Both the position numbers and the translations under genes were made by a program. The notes beneath the pieces were generated by a model, which saw only the letters and a program-made list of their open reading frames with translations, did not search any database and was not told where the DNA came from. DNA of 64,000 bases from Chrysomallon squamiferum. Taxonomy: Eukaryota; Animalia; Mollusca. Below are positions 40,384 through 53,590 of this stretch, piece after piece. Within the stretch, counting starts at the first letter, position 1, and the number at the start of each line of letters is the position of its first letter. Location: assembly GCA_012295275.1 (NCBI GenBank), contig CM022665.1, positions 30,938,001-31,002,000 of the forward strand, read 5' to 3'.

Positions 40384-41023
40384 AAGAGAAAATATCTTTT
40401 CACAGCCACGGGTCTCGGTGTGTTTGCTGAGGCAGTCATGCTGCCGGTTCTCCGGAAAGAGACGAAACAAGAACTTCTTTGTTCTTGCAAAGCAAACAAC
40501 GATTGTTTTTTTACTTTTTATTATTATTATTTAATTTTTTCCCCTTTCTTTTGAGTTGTTGTTTCATTTACAGAATATTGTGGCTTTTTTATATAAGTAA
40601 AATTAATAATAATAATAAAAAATTTATATAAACTGAGAAGAAGAAGATTTTGATAATGCTGATGATAATAACGAAAAAAATAGAACAACTACAAAAATAA
40701 CATCAGCAGCAATAATAATAATAACGACGACGATGGTAATAACGACGTCAACACTAATAATAACAATAAATAAATAAATAAGTAAAGTTACTTCTTTTTC
40801 GAGAAAATGTTTTTAATTAGTACAAAGAATAACCGTTACAAAGGTAGCAGACGAAGAATATTATTATTATTATTATTATTTTATAAATTTGTAATAATAC
40901 TGAAATGTTGTGGATTCTTTGTCTGATATAGAACAACACTGACAATACAAGATTTCTTTCTTTCTTTCTATTAATTTTCTGGCCATGATCTTCAACTCTG
41001 TGACTTTTTTCTTTTTTTTTTTT

Positions 41024-41055
<32 letters not shown>

Positions 41056-41259
41056 TTTTTACTTCGCTACCACACATAAATCTGTTTAACACGCGAACAC
41101 CAGTAAATGTTAACAGAAAACATATTTTTCATTCCTACAAGTTTTCACTCTCTTTGTCTAACCCATTATTATGTTGTTAAAACACATAAAAAATTTGTAT
41201 TCTTCTCTCTTTTTTTTTTTTTTGTGGCCATCTTAACCAGTAATCTTTCCCTCTCCAAA

Positions 41260-41329
41260 CCGCTGCTTAATTCGCTGATGGGTTTGACAACGCAAACGAC
41301 AGTTTAACACAAGAAAGCTAATATTTATT
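41260..41329 (+). repeat. Copy 2 of the diverged direct duplication
   Basis: Shares CTTAATTCGCTGA and AAGAAAGCTAATATTTATT with copy 1 at an identical 45-bp offset. Confidence 0.85.
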
Positions 41330-43642
41330 CGCCGCCAATTTCTTTTATCTTCTACAGGTCTTTAATGTCTTGGAGCACGCAGTTATTTTTACTGGTAGTC
41401 ATGGAAGACAAAATAGAAGACTTTTTTTCTTTTTCTTTTGTAGACGCGGCTTGCCATCAAGCGATTGATAATTGTGAGCCGACCATGTTCAAAGACATTA
41501 AGACAGAGCACGAAGATAGAGAGGAAAACTGAAGCAAATCAGATGATGAGAAAGAGACATTTCAAATCGTTTGCAAGATCATTTTTCCTTTATTGCAGAC
41601 AAGGTTTAATTGACTTTGATTAGATGCAGAAGACAACGTATCTTCATCACCGATCTGTTCCTTAGGTCATTAACAACGAACATTTAAGTGGTGCTGTTTT
41701 AAAAGTTGGATTGTGAAATAGAACCAAAAACAAAAAAAAAAAAAAAGGAAAAGAAAAAAAAAAAAAAAAAAAAAAAGAAAGAAAAAAAGAAAAAAAAAAA
41801 AAAAAAAAAGAAAGAAAAAGAAAAAAGAATGAAAGAACAAAACACAGAGAAAAAAGAAAGCAGATTTCTTTCATTCAGTGAAACATGTTTATGGTATCTT
41901 AACTTTTTTCTTTCTTTTTCTGATAGTGTAGTAATAGAAATTTTACGACCACTTTCAGATATCCTATATTAATATCATTCTAATACACAGAAATGTTTCT
42001 GGTTTTAAAACGGTTATAAACTGAAAAAAATTTCAGTTGAAGAGGTAAACTTCTTTCTTGCTTTTTATTCATTTATTTATTTATTTTTAATTTCTACTTT
42101 TTTCTGTTCTACTTTTTAAACAAAGACATTTTTTTATTATTATTATTTGCATTTTTCTTTCTAACTTACTTTTTGATTTGTCTACACAAAAACTCATTTG
42201 ACAGGTATGGAGTCGGGTTGTCTGCCTTAGGGCAAAACATTGTCATTCTCGTTTTTCTTTCTTCTACACACAAGAGCGCTTTCCTTTGTCGCGTGCTTTG
42301 GTTCGCCTTGTGTGCCATTTGGCACGCGACAGTCGATGGGCGAAAAGATTCCACAGTGATGTTATTACTCGCTTTGAGCGCGACACAAAACGACATCATT
42401 TAAAGGCTAAGAGTTTGATTAAAAGAACCGACTTTACAAGTGTTGAGTTGTGATGAATGTTGAATGCAGGGAGGTTTATATAGAAAATAAATGTTTAAAA
42501 TTCTCCATGCATCACTGGTTTCATTGTTCGGTGTTGACCCATTTCTTGAACTGTTTTGTAAGGTGAAAAATTGTAGGGGGTCTAACTCTCAGTTCTGACA
42601 ATGACATGAGAAAAAAAAAAAGTGCTAAAAAATAAATAATAAAAGAAAATTATTGCTCATCTCGACGTACACACTATATAACCACATAAAAAGATATTGA
42701 AAAGTTCTAAAGAAACGAGAAAAGAAAGAAAGCTAAAAAAGTTATTACTTGAGGTCACGGAATCAACGAAAAATATTTTTATGATAGAAATAAATTTATT
42801 TATTTACTATTTTAAAATTAAAATAATAATTATTATTATAAAAAATAAATTCAGAAGAAAAACAAAAAAGAAGTAATAATAAAGTCCCAAATTCTAAGAG
42901 GATGTGAATTTGAAGGCTAAAAATATCTAAGATCTCGCGAGAAGTGTGTACGCGACAAGTTAAACACTTGTTAGTTTAGTCACCATGGAAATGATACGAC
43001 ACGAAGCCGCCTTTTCAGCGAATATTTCAGCCAGTGTCTCTGAGGAAAAGTTCAATTTCCTTGATTTGCTTTTAATTACAGAGATATTCTTTGGTCGTCG
43101 TCTGCCTTTATCTGCCAAATAAATCTATCTAATTAGGCGCGTTTTCACCGAAGACCCGCCATTTGCAAATCTGCGGGCTATTATAAATCCAAGTCATTTG
43201 GTTAATAGGTCCCGCGCTTCTGTTACTCAGAAGTCAAGCCTTTCATTGTTGCACTAACTTCTCCAAAGAACTTTCCCTTGAGTCTTAAACTGAATTTGTT
43301 TTTATAACTCTCTGAATAGTGAAATTAGAAACGGAACTAATAAGGGATGTTTATCATGTAGAAAACAAAATCTCTAGTTTTGGTACACTTTTGAGAGAAA
43401 GAGAGAGAGATAGAGAAAAAAAAAAAAAAAAGTTCATTATCTTTGGAATTAGAAGATTATTCCAAAAATAGATGATATATTAACATTTTAATTATATATC
43501 ACAAAGGATAGACTGCTATAAGTATTGATTTTAATTAACAAGTTATTAGTCTTTGTTTGGTCAAAATATTATAGTAATAATAGATATCAATTTTAATTTA
43601 TATGGATATTACAATGATTTTAAAAAAATAAATAAATGTGTG

Positions 43643-43688
<46 letters not shown>

Positions 43689-44578
43689 AAATTAAATAAA
43701 ATTTAATATATATATATACAATTTTATTTAAAAAATAATTTTTATAAAAAAGTCAAAATGGTAATGATAATGTAATAATAACGTCGGTGATGATGATGTT
43801 TACGATAATTAATAATAACTACAACAATTTAATAATTTAATTACAGTTTTAGTAGGAATAACAGTAGTAGTGGCTGACAAACAAACAAACAAACAATGAA
43901 TAAATACAAATTTAAAAATTTGAATATCCTTGCTCATTTATGCAATATAAAGATAAATTTTCTTGTCATTAATTATTAAGGAACTTATTACTCAACCAAC
44001 AAAAAAAAAAAAAAAAATTATTTAATTTATATTCCAAATTCCTTTCTAATAATTTTTCCTTTTTGTATTTGTTGTTTTCCTGATTACTGTTCCAAATACT
44101 CCCCTAGTGGCAGTAATATAATAAAAAGCTAACACGCGGGGTCTAGGCAACGCCTCTAGTGATTGTGGTTTGTTACAACTCGCTGGTAGTGATTGCGGTT
44201 TTTAATGCAATCACAGGAAATAACTTCTCGAAATACGCAACCGCCATTGGTGCGCCGACCTAACTGAATTTAGCTGCGCCGAAACCACCAATCAAATATT
44301 GGTAAAATTTGCTCTTTGTTTATGTTTCTTTAAGTAAACATGGTTATAAAGGATTTGGTTAATACTATTATTTATTTATTTATTTTATTTTATTTTATTT
44401 TATTTATTTTTGTTATTATTTTTATTTTTGTTTAAACTGAGTTTGTTGACTGTTTTTCTTAACGTAAGAAATACTTCATCTGTGTATGTTTGTGTTTGGT
44501 TATTATTAGTAGTAATATTTGTTGTTGATGAGGCTATTGTTGTTGTTATTTCTGCATATTTTTATTTATTTAGTTTTT

Positions 44579-44612
<34 letters not shown>

Positions 44613-46719
44613 AACTCTTAAAAAAATAAACAAAATAAAAAATCCCTATAATTTAAAGAAGGTATTTTTTCCCCCTTCCTTTCTCTTATTATTTCTTTTT
44701 TCAGTGGCTTCGTATTTCTTTTTTTTTCTTCTTTCCTTTCGTTACATTGTGGTTTCAGTCTTGCGGTCTGTTTGTGTTGCATGCCAATCTCTTCTGATAC
44801 AAACAGCCATATTTTGCGTTCCTCTGTGTTTCTTTAAACGACAGCTCTAATGGAAATAAGTTGCCAGTTAACTTTCTAGAGACCACTTTATGAATAGAAG
44901 TCATAAAAGAAATTTACAAATTGTATTTCGCCATTTCGGGCACAATTCTTTGCCAAGCATCTTGGGAATACCGTTAGTCTAACGGTATATTCTGTCTTGC
45001 AAAATATATTTCACTATTCAGCATGCTAAAACAAATTTCCATTAATTTTTCATTCGCTTCTACGGAGAAAAAAAAATATCAGTTTATTTTTGAGTATTTC
45101 GTATAAGAGTGCATCGTTCGTTTATACACGCTGCTGTTATATTTATGACCAGGATACAATGAGCGTGGATTCTGTGTCTTTCGTTTGTCTGTTTTGTAAC
45201 TGTATCTAATAATCTTCGTGGCAATTTTTCTTTTATTTCCCCAGAGTTCTGAACAGAGAACAAGTGTATAATCGTCGACACGCCCCACTAGGCGGCTTTG
45301 TTCTCTAGATTGACTTCAATAATGAGAATATTACAAATTGTTATTCATCAGTCGTAGAGAGAGGAGAGAGAAAAAAATAATAATTTCTATTCGATTGCTA
45401 TCAGTCCATTTTGATGATTGTTCAATTATTGAATAATCTTCTCCGAATACAAGCCTGTTTGAAATTGTCCTGAAGACTACAGAATTGCTGCAATATCTTT
45501 CTGAATAGTGACTTGTTTCTGGAGGTGCCCATTGTCATTTTGTCGCTGTCAATTGTTCAGCTCTTCAAATACTGTTTGCCTATTGCACATGAAAGAAATA
45601 AAACCGCTCGTTTACTATACAATCACTGTAAATTTCTTCACTCATTGTCGACCACCTGTATGTTTTCAAAAGAGATCTACATACAATGATACGCACACCT
45701 GACTCGATTTATATATTTTTATTTAATAGCAAAACGTGGTAATTACTTTCTGTGTGTCTAGTAAATTACGTGAATTCGCACGCATACTGGAATATTTTAT
45801 CTTCTCCACAGAAAGAGATGCGGGTTAACGACAAATAAATTCAAAACAATTTCTATATTTTTTAACCTCTTATCTTGCAAATAACGTAACTGACATTAAT
45901 GAAATATATGACGTCGAAACACGATCTACTGTCGCATTTAGCTGCAAAGAAAGCTGATAAAGAAAAGCATTTTAATTTAAATAACAACTTATAGAGAGTA
46001 ACATCTGAAGGGATAATTATCAGGGTATAAATGGGTAATTGTCGCTGCTGGAGATTCTTTATTATTCACAGTAATTGCTGGAAGACACTGCGTAAAATGA
46101 CAATAAACCCATCTGATCGTTATACCTGTACATCCGTAACTCGGGGTCTCGTGCGTTTAGATGTCGTTAAATTTATCAGAGCAATGCTTTTAAGATCATC
46201 CACTCTGCAGAGATCGTTCTTCTTAATAATGATTTGTTTTTAACTTACAAAACATCCAGGCTGACACGCGGAAAGAAGTAAACTGCAGTACACAATTATC
46301 GTGATTTTTCCTTTCTTCTCTTTTTTCTCATTTCCACCAAACACACACACACACACACACATACCACTTCTTTTTATCATTTCTTTATAGTTTTTGTTTA
46401 AGAAAATCGTTGATGCCTAATTAGTGCTTTAAAAATGATTTTTTTTTTTTTTTTCCGGTTAAAGTAAACATTGCCGTGTTTTAAAACACTTCAGTTTACT
46501 TTAACACAAGAAACGAAAATTAATTAAGCTCTGTCTTGAAGTTAGAAATGTTTTGGACAAATAAGTATGTGTACAGTGATGCGCCCGAAAATGTCACATG
46601 AAGCAGATTGTAGATAGCTTTTTAGATATTCCAAAAGAAAACGTGCGCGCGCATATATACACACGTACGCACACAAAAATACATACGCACATGCACAGGT
46701 TTCTGTCTTTATTTATGTG

Positions 46720-46725
<6 letters not shown>

Positions 46726-46794
<69 letters not shown>
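46726..46794. repeat. (CT)n microsatellite
   Basis: Seen directly in the sequence. Confidence 0.97.
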
Positions 46795-46796
<2 letters not shown>

Positions 46797-49700
46797 GTTT
46801 TCTATCTATCTTCTAGTGATGTCAGTTCTTAATTAAATTTACATTTAATGTATTTTTATACTGATTATTGCTAACAGCAGATGTGCTGTCTGGGGCTACT
46901 CCGCAGACGTTAACATTGTAGTCGCTTCAACAGCTGTTGATGTTGTCGTCAAGACGGTTGCGGGTACGATGTGTTGGTTACAGTAGATTATTACACGCTA
47001 TCTAAATCAATGGAATAGTGCTCCTGAACCGTGAAATATGAACTATTTTTCACTGCTCTGCCACCGTGCAATTTATTCCACTACGACAAAGAAAATATAA
47101 CGAGTTTTTGATAGTCTATGGTTTTCTTCCTATTTTTTTATTTATTTATTTATTTCGTCTTGCTTTTTTGTCTATTTTAAAAACATAACACAATGATCAC
47201 ACCACTGAATAGTTAACTACAATCGCACAATGCCGAAGCAGAACTATAAAAATGCCTCTTGCGTCGGTCAGCTTTGAATTATTTATCGTGTATCATGGCA
47301 GGTTGCCGATTTGCGTTAAAACTGATAAATATCTCAAATTGACACCAAGCAATCATGCAAACTTGAACCGCCTCAATTTTTTATGACCACTGTAGAAAAG
47401 GATCGCTTGACACAAGGTGGAAATAACAACAACTACTAACTAACGTTTTCTTTTCCACGTTCCAGTTTTAGCAAAGATGCGAAATGTAATTATTAATTTT
47501 GAATGAAACGAAGAAGTTCTGTTAAAGTTTGTTCCAGTGTGAAATTCGAATCTGATTTAAACAATAATTTAAACAAAATAATAAAAGTTAAATATTTATT
47601 ATAAATACAAAAATTAAATTCTCTTCATTTAAATAATTATTTTCAAAAATGTTTTTATAGTATAGGCTACATATTAATTTTATATACTTTTTTTTTTTTG
47701 CTAAGTTTCCTGTCAAATTATGCTATTTTCTGCTTGCAGTCTTCGTTAGAAATATATGTAAATTATCATATACTACAGTAAATTAATGACATTTTTGTGT
47801 AAACATCCACTGATACAAATTAAACTTCACCGTCCATACAAAATATGTTAGTGTGAAAGAAATAATATATATATAAATCTGTGCGAATTAAATTTTGTAA
47901 ATAAATTTACCTAAATTAGCCAAGATATTTTTATAAAATTGATTTTTTGTTGATCGAGTATGGCGGGGTCCATCTTCAACTTGTTTATGTGACAACAGTT
48001 TTCATCCACTGGTGTTAACGTATTCATATTCCACTCAGTTTTCAAATTACCTTGTCAAAGTTATTTCATTTGCCCTTTTTGTAATAACAGTGACAAGCTT
48101 TTTATTGCAGACCAACTACATGTACTGCTGAAGCGTAAAAGGAATACGGATCTGAGAGAAAAAAAATCTTTTTCTTCTTTTATCAATAAATATTAACATG
48201 TACTACCTTTGATTGCTTTTGTGAAGCTGATTCAACAATGCTGTATGTATTCTCGTTCGTTCTATATCAGATATCTGTGATAAGAAAGTTAAGCATGCGA
48301 TAAAACTGCTATGGATTTACAAGACAAAAAAAGGTTATTCCAACTATTAATATAATCTTTTTTCTTCTTTTTTTAATCTATTTATAAGAAATAGAATTTT
48401 AAAAAGATGAGATACTTATAGCTATGTAATTATAAAACTTTATTAAACTTTATTACAGTGATTCATAACTTAAAAAGATCTCTTCAATATTATCGTTAAT
48501 CAGACAATACAAAAAAATATTGTTATACAATGAATAAAACAAAGCATGTTTTATGTATATTTTAATTAATCTACAGGTAAATTTAAAAACTGTGTGTGTT
48601 TCCAATCTTGTCGATTCGTTAAACTATTGAAGACACAAACTTCGATGAGATTTCTATGTATTCATATACAAACAATAATACTTATATCTGAAGTAGCACG
48701 TAGATAATCTCAAAGTGATAAAATACGTAAATTAATCTAAACCTTAATTAAGGCAAATAATCTTAGCACAATCTAACGGTTAAGTGAAAATTCACTTTTT
48801 AGAAAATGATGTTCAATGCAATACAAGTATATTCAAATATACGATTAAAGTGTTTACTTACATGAAAAAAACAGTATTCGTCTATACATATTTCTTATAT
48901 ACAATACATTGTTTATTTTATGAACATCATACCACGATATAAAGTACGGGAACATTTTGCCAGCATTCTCTTAATACAGAACTGTTTAACAATTTGACTT
49001 CATAACATAACATTAACTGTGTGCTAGTTATGATAGTCATGTTTTAACTATGATTTTTGCTTTATGGTTTACTTACTTTTATCAATATAGAACACTTGGG
49101 GGTGGGGAAGAAGATTTCTGAAGCAAAAAGAGAAAATAAAAAGAAACAGAATATTCTTTTATGATGTTTTTTTAATTTTTCCTCGATTAAAAAGGAAAAC
49201 AAAAATTATCTCAAAAAGAGTTTGTCTGATTTGAATGGTTTAAGATTTGTTCTGAAAAACAGAGTAAAATAAATGAACCAAACTAAGTTACAGAAGATAA
49301 ACATAGACGCTGTTATGTCCACGGAGAAAACATTTTACGCTTCATTGTTTATTTATTTCTACTGAGAGTAGTAATGGTTTGTAATTAAAAGAAGTTATTT
49401 GGTACATATATTTTTAAACACACATACACAAATACACACACACGTCGTAAATATGTACATTCGTACACGTATCTACGTATGTTAATACATTATTATGTTC
49501 ACCTGTATATCGGCACGTACTTATCCAGACTCTTATATTTGTGTACTTCCATTAATATTATATAATTATATATAAAAATATACAATTATAATATGTTATT
49601 AAATTCACATATAAAAAATAAAATATTACATTTATTTATTTGTTTTATTATTATTACTGTTGTTGTTGTTTATTTATTGATTCATTCAGTTATTTTACAT

Positions 49701-49982
49701 TTTATATTTGTGTAAATATAATTTGTTTATTAATACGTAAATACCCTGAATAAATTTTATTTACACAAATATGTATTTATTTCGTTCTTTTTTTTTAAAT
49801 TATTTAAGTTAAGCAATAACGTTTTATTTTTATAATAATAATAATAATAATATCGTTTAATTTATGATAGGACTATTTTAAATAAAACAGCTAACGATTT
49901 TTTAATTTTCGTTATATATGTATGCATATGAGAGTGTATGTGTATATAAGTTAAGTCTAATTTCATAAATTACATATTAGTC

Positions 49983-50377
49983 AATATTAAGGATATTTAA
50001 ATATGAATTAATATTAAGGATATTTATATATTCGTTAATATTAAGTATATTAAAAGATTAGTTAATACTGAGGATATTTAAATATTAATTAATATTAAGG
50101 AAATTTATGTAGAAATTAAGATTAAAGATATTTAAAATACTAGTTAATAATATGTATATTTAAATGTTAATTATTATTAAGAATTTTTAAATATTACTTA
50201 ACATTAAAAATATTTTAAAATCACTTAATATTTAGGGTGTTTAAATATTCATTAATATTAAGGATATTTATATACTAATTAATATTTAGGATATTTAAAT
50301 AATCATAATATTAAGATATTTAAATACTCATTACTATTAAGGATATTTATGTTTTCGTTAATGTTAAGGGTATTTAA
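49983..50377. repeat. 27-bp AT-rich minisatellite, about 14-15 degenerate copies (AATATTAAGGATATTTAAATATTAATT-like)
   Basis: Unit starts at 49983, 50010, 50037 and onward. Confidence 0.9.
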
Positions 50378-53300
50378 TAATTAAGTGTGGTCAATATATT
50401 TTTTTTAAATCAGACACTACAGCTGTTGCCCTGACACACGTGTGATCACCTGCTTCGTAGTAATAATTAACACTGTTCTCAATTTTAATCCCTGCGGCAT
50501 TTCGGCCCCTTAGTGTAAACTCCCCGAATGACATCGAAAATGGGTTCATTTCTGCCACACCAAGAACTTACGAGCCCCAGGACGTCTAATAACACAAACG
50601 ATTGTCGAAACTGGACAGTGTATTTGAATTTAGCTGTGCTTTAAATTCGCAGTGTGAGATGGAAATAGTCAAGATACATATTGTAAATGTCAAAGTTGGC
50701 ATTTATTTAATTGTCTTGATTTGAATGTCTTGTTTATTTATAGGTTTAATGTGAAATAAGATTATTGGTGATATGATTTCTGTCACTATAATAGCTGCTG
50801 CAGCAACTACTACTACTATTACCACTACTTCTGATTCTACTATTACTGCTACTACTACAAAAATTAATATTAATACCAATATCGTGGCTAATGATGGGTC
50901 CAGTACTTACATTGCTACGCCACATGTAATTATAATTATTACTGCTAAATCCCTTTACCTTTACTACTACAAATAATGATGATCATGATGAAATAATAAT
51001 AATATCAAGAATGATAATGTGAAGAAGAAGAAAAATAAGAGAAATTCGTACATATCAGGTTTATGAATGGAAAAACACTAAAATCTGTTGTAAATATATA
51101 TATTTTTTTAATTTTGAAAGATGATTAATAACTGCATTCTACAATCTTTTTACGGCATTCATTGTATATATATATATTAATTTCGAACGCTAAAAAGTGT
51201 ATTAATTATAATAAAAATATTATCTAGGTGTGACTATAATATGTATTTATATATATGTATGTGTATAAAGTCAGATAGACAGATATAGAGATAAACAGAT
51301 AGAGAGACAGAGAGATCGATAGATAGATAGACAGATAGATAGATATACAGATCGATTGAGAGATAACTACACAGGTACTGAGATACAGATATAGATACTG
51401 AATGAAACTAATTTTTACAAGTATTATGAAATTAAAAAATAAATATTTCCTTATCATTTAATTATTATTTTTTTATGGTCATTCAACAAACTTTTTTTTT
51501 TTTTTTCTATTTTGAAGTCTTAAGTCATTTTAAAAGTCATTTTTCACATTATCTTCATTTCACTGATCCGTAAATAGCTTGTTGTCAGAATAGCGCTTTA
51601 TTTGTCTGTTTTTCGTCATGTCCTGCCCGTGAGAGACGTGTCATGCCACTGGATCACGTGGTTCTAGTCAAAGCTCCGCCCACGAGAGTTCAAGACTGAA
51701 CGGAACCGCAATGATAGCATTGACGGGAACTGAACCCAATCCGTCTTCCTTCTTGCCTTGTCTCGAGAGACGTCACATATCTTATACTTGGTTTGCTTTA
51801 TGCCTTCAGAGTTTCTCTGTCTTCACATTCATTTTCTTAATTGAGGCCAGGGAATTAAAATTGGATTTGGGAAAGGACGGCTCGGCTTTCTAACAGCAGG
51901 ACGCGATAAGATGATAGAAATGAAATTGTTTTTGATGAGAAGCGAGTTCAAGCTCCCTACATGAGGTCCTTGTTGAAAGCCTAGAATGCCAGCGATCACA
52001 GAATGAGATTGGAAGAAGACGACGTAAAACGCACGACTATAGGCACATCAAGTTCTCTTTATTGTTCACTGCCTACCAAGCCAGACTTTTGGCACACCTT
52101 CGTCTGGGAATCATTCCTGCGTTTATGTTCGCCAATAATTACATTAGCGTGTCTTGTTTTGCCTTTTCGGTGATTGGAATAATGCTTTGTTATCTAATTG
52201 ATTCTCTCTCAGTTCTCTATGAAACACTGACACGTGCTATGTTCACACTTCAATGATTTTTTTTTTTACTGAAAGGACATAAAAACGAAAAAGAAAAAAG
52301 AAAAAACTGAAAGAAAAAAGTTAAGCGTTAGAGATTTAACTTGACACAGCTCATTAGCTCAGATTAAATAAGATGGTAATTAAGGATATTTTTTAATAAA
52401 AAGTTGATGGGAATTCAGGATAAGGATGTTGAATGCATCCATGACTCGACTTTGAGTCACTGATGATAAAACACAAAGAGAATGTCACGAGTGATAATGT
52501 TAGAGAAACGATAATAGTGAAGCTCACAGAATAAAAAACAAAACAACAACAACATTTGTCTTCGAAATGTTTTAGAAAATAAATATTTACATGCACATAC
52601 GAACATACACGCGCATTTAAATACACATACATTAATTCAGTGCTTCTTAAACTGCTTCAGTATAATTTATCATTAATTTCATTTTTTACAAAATTTCATT
52701 CACTCGAAATTATATTTTCTTATGTTTCTTTTTTTTTTGGTAATTAACCAGTTTAAGATCCACTGTACTAACCAAAACATATATAATTACATAAATATAT
52801 ACCTACATAGACAGTATGTTTGTATGTATGTGTGTGTGTGCGTGTGTGTGTGTGTGTGTGTTTATGTATGTATATATGTATGTATATATCTGTTTCGATT
52901 AAAAGGAAGACATCTTTTATTATGTTCTTGTGTTAGTAATATTTTTGTATTCTTCTCATTGTACAGACAAATAAACGAAGTCGTATGAAAATCGATTATT
53001 ATATATCCTCTCTCCTTGCGTTAAAATAGCTCAATGGTAAATGTAAACTTTGGCATAGATTCGTGTTTTTGTTTCGCCGCGATCTCGCTATGCAAACAAA
53101 TTACCATACATTTAAAAGCATCTTACATCTCTTTATCAAACATTTTTATTACAAACACGACTGCAGTTTATATTTAAAGAAAGAAAATTATCACTTAGCC
53201 GATAACTGACACAAGTTATCTTTATATTTACTAACCATTTATTTGGCTTGCATGTATATCAATAATAGTTAATGAACTAATGCATCAGACGTATATAACT

Positions 53301-53396
53301 GCCGTTAAACGATTCTTGAATATATAACTCTGAAGATTTATGTAAACTTCAGTAGTTGCTTAAGAATATTTAATCTGTGATTGAACAGATCTCTCT

Positions 53397-53590
53397 GTTG
53401 TGTGTTTATGTGTGTGTGTGTGTGTGTTTGTATCTGTGTTTGTATCTGTGTATGTACGTATGTATCTATGTACGTACGTATGTATCTATGTGTGTATGTA
53501 TATGTATGTATTTATGTATTATGTATTTATGTATTTATATGTGTATGTATGTTTATGTCTCTGTGTGTGTATTTGTCTGTTTGTATGTAC
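53397..53590. repeat. Degenerate (TG)/(TATG) microsatellite tract
   Basis: Seen directly in the sequence. Confidence 0.9.

Noticed and set aside
42270-42350. Pre-miRNA hairpin
   Set aside because: The stem is short with an asymmetric internal loop and matches no conserved miRNA I recognise; paired TF sites explain it more simply.
49983-50377. CRISPR-like array
   Set aside because: Contiguous degenerate units without unique spacers, no cas genes, eukaryotic context.
53017-53095. tRNA gene (TAGCTCAATGGTA A-box-like)
   Set aside because: No B box/T-arm or cloverleaf; at most a decayed SINE head.
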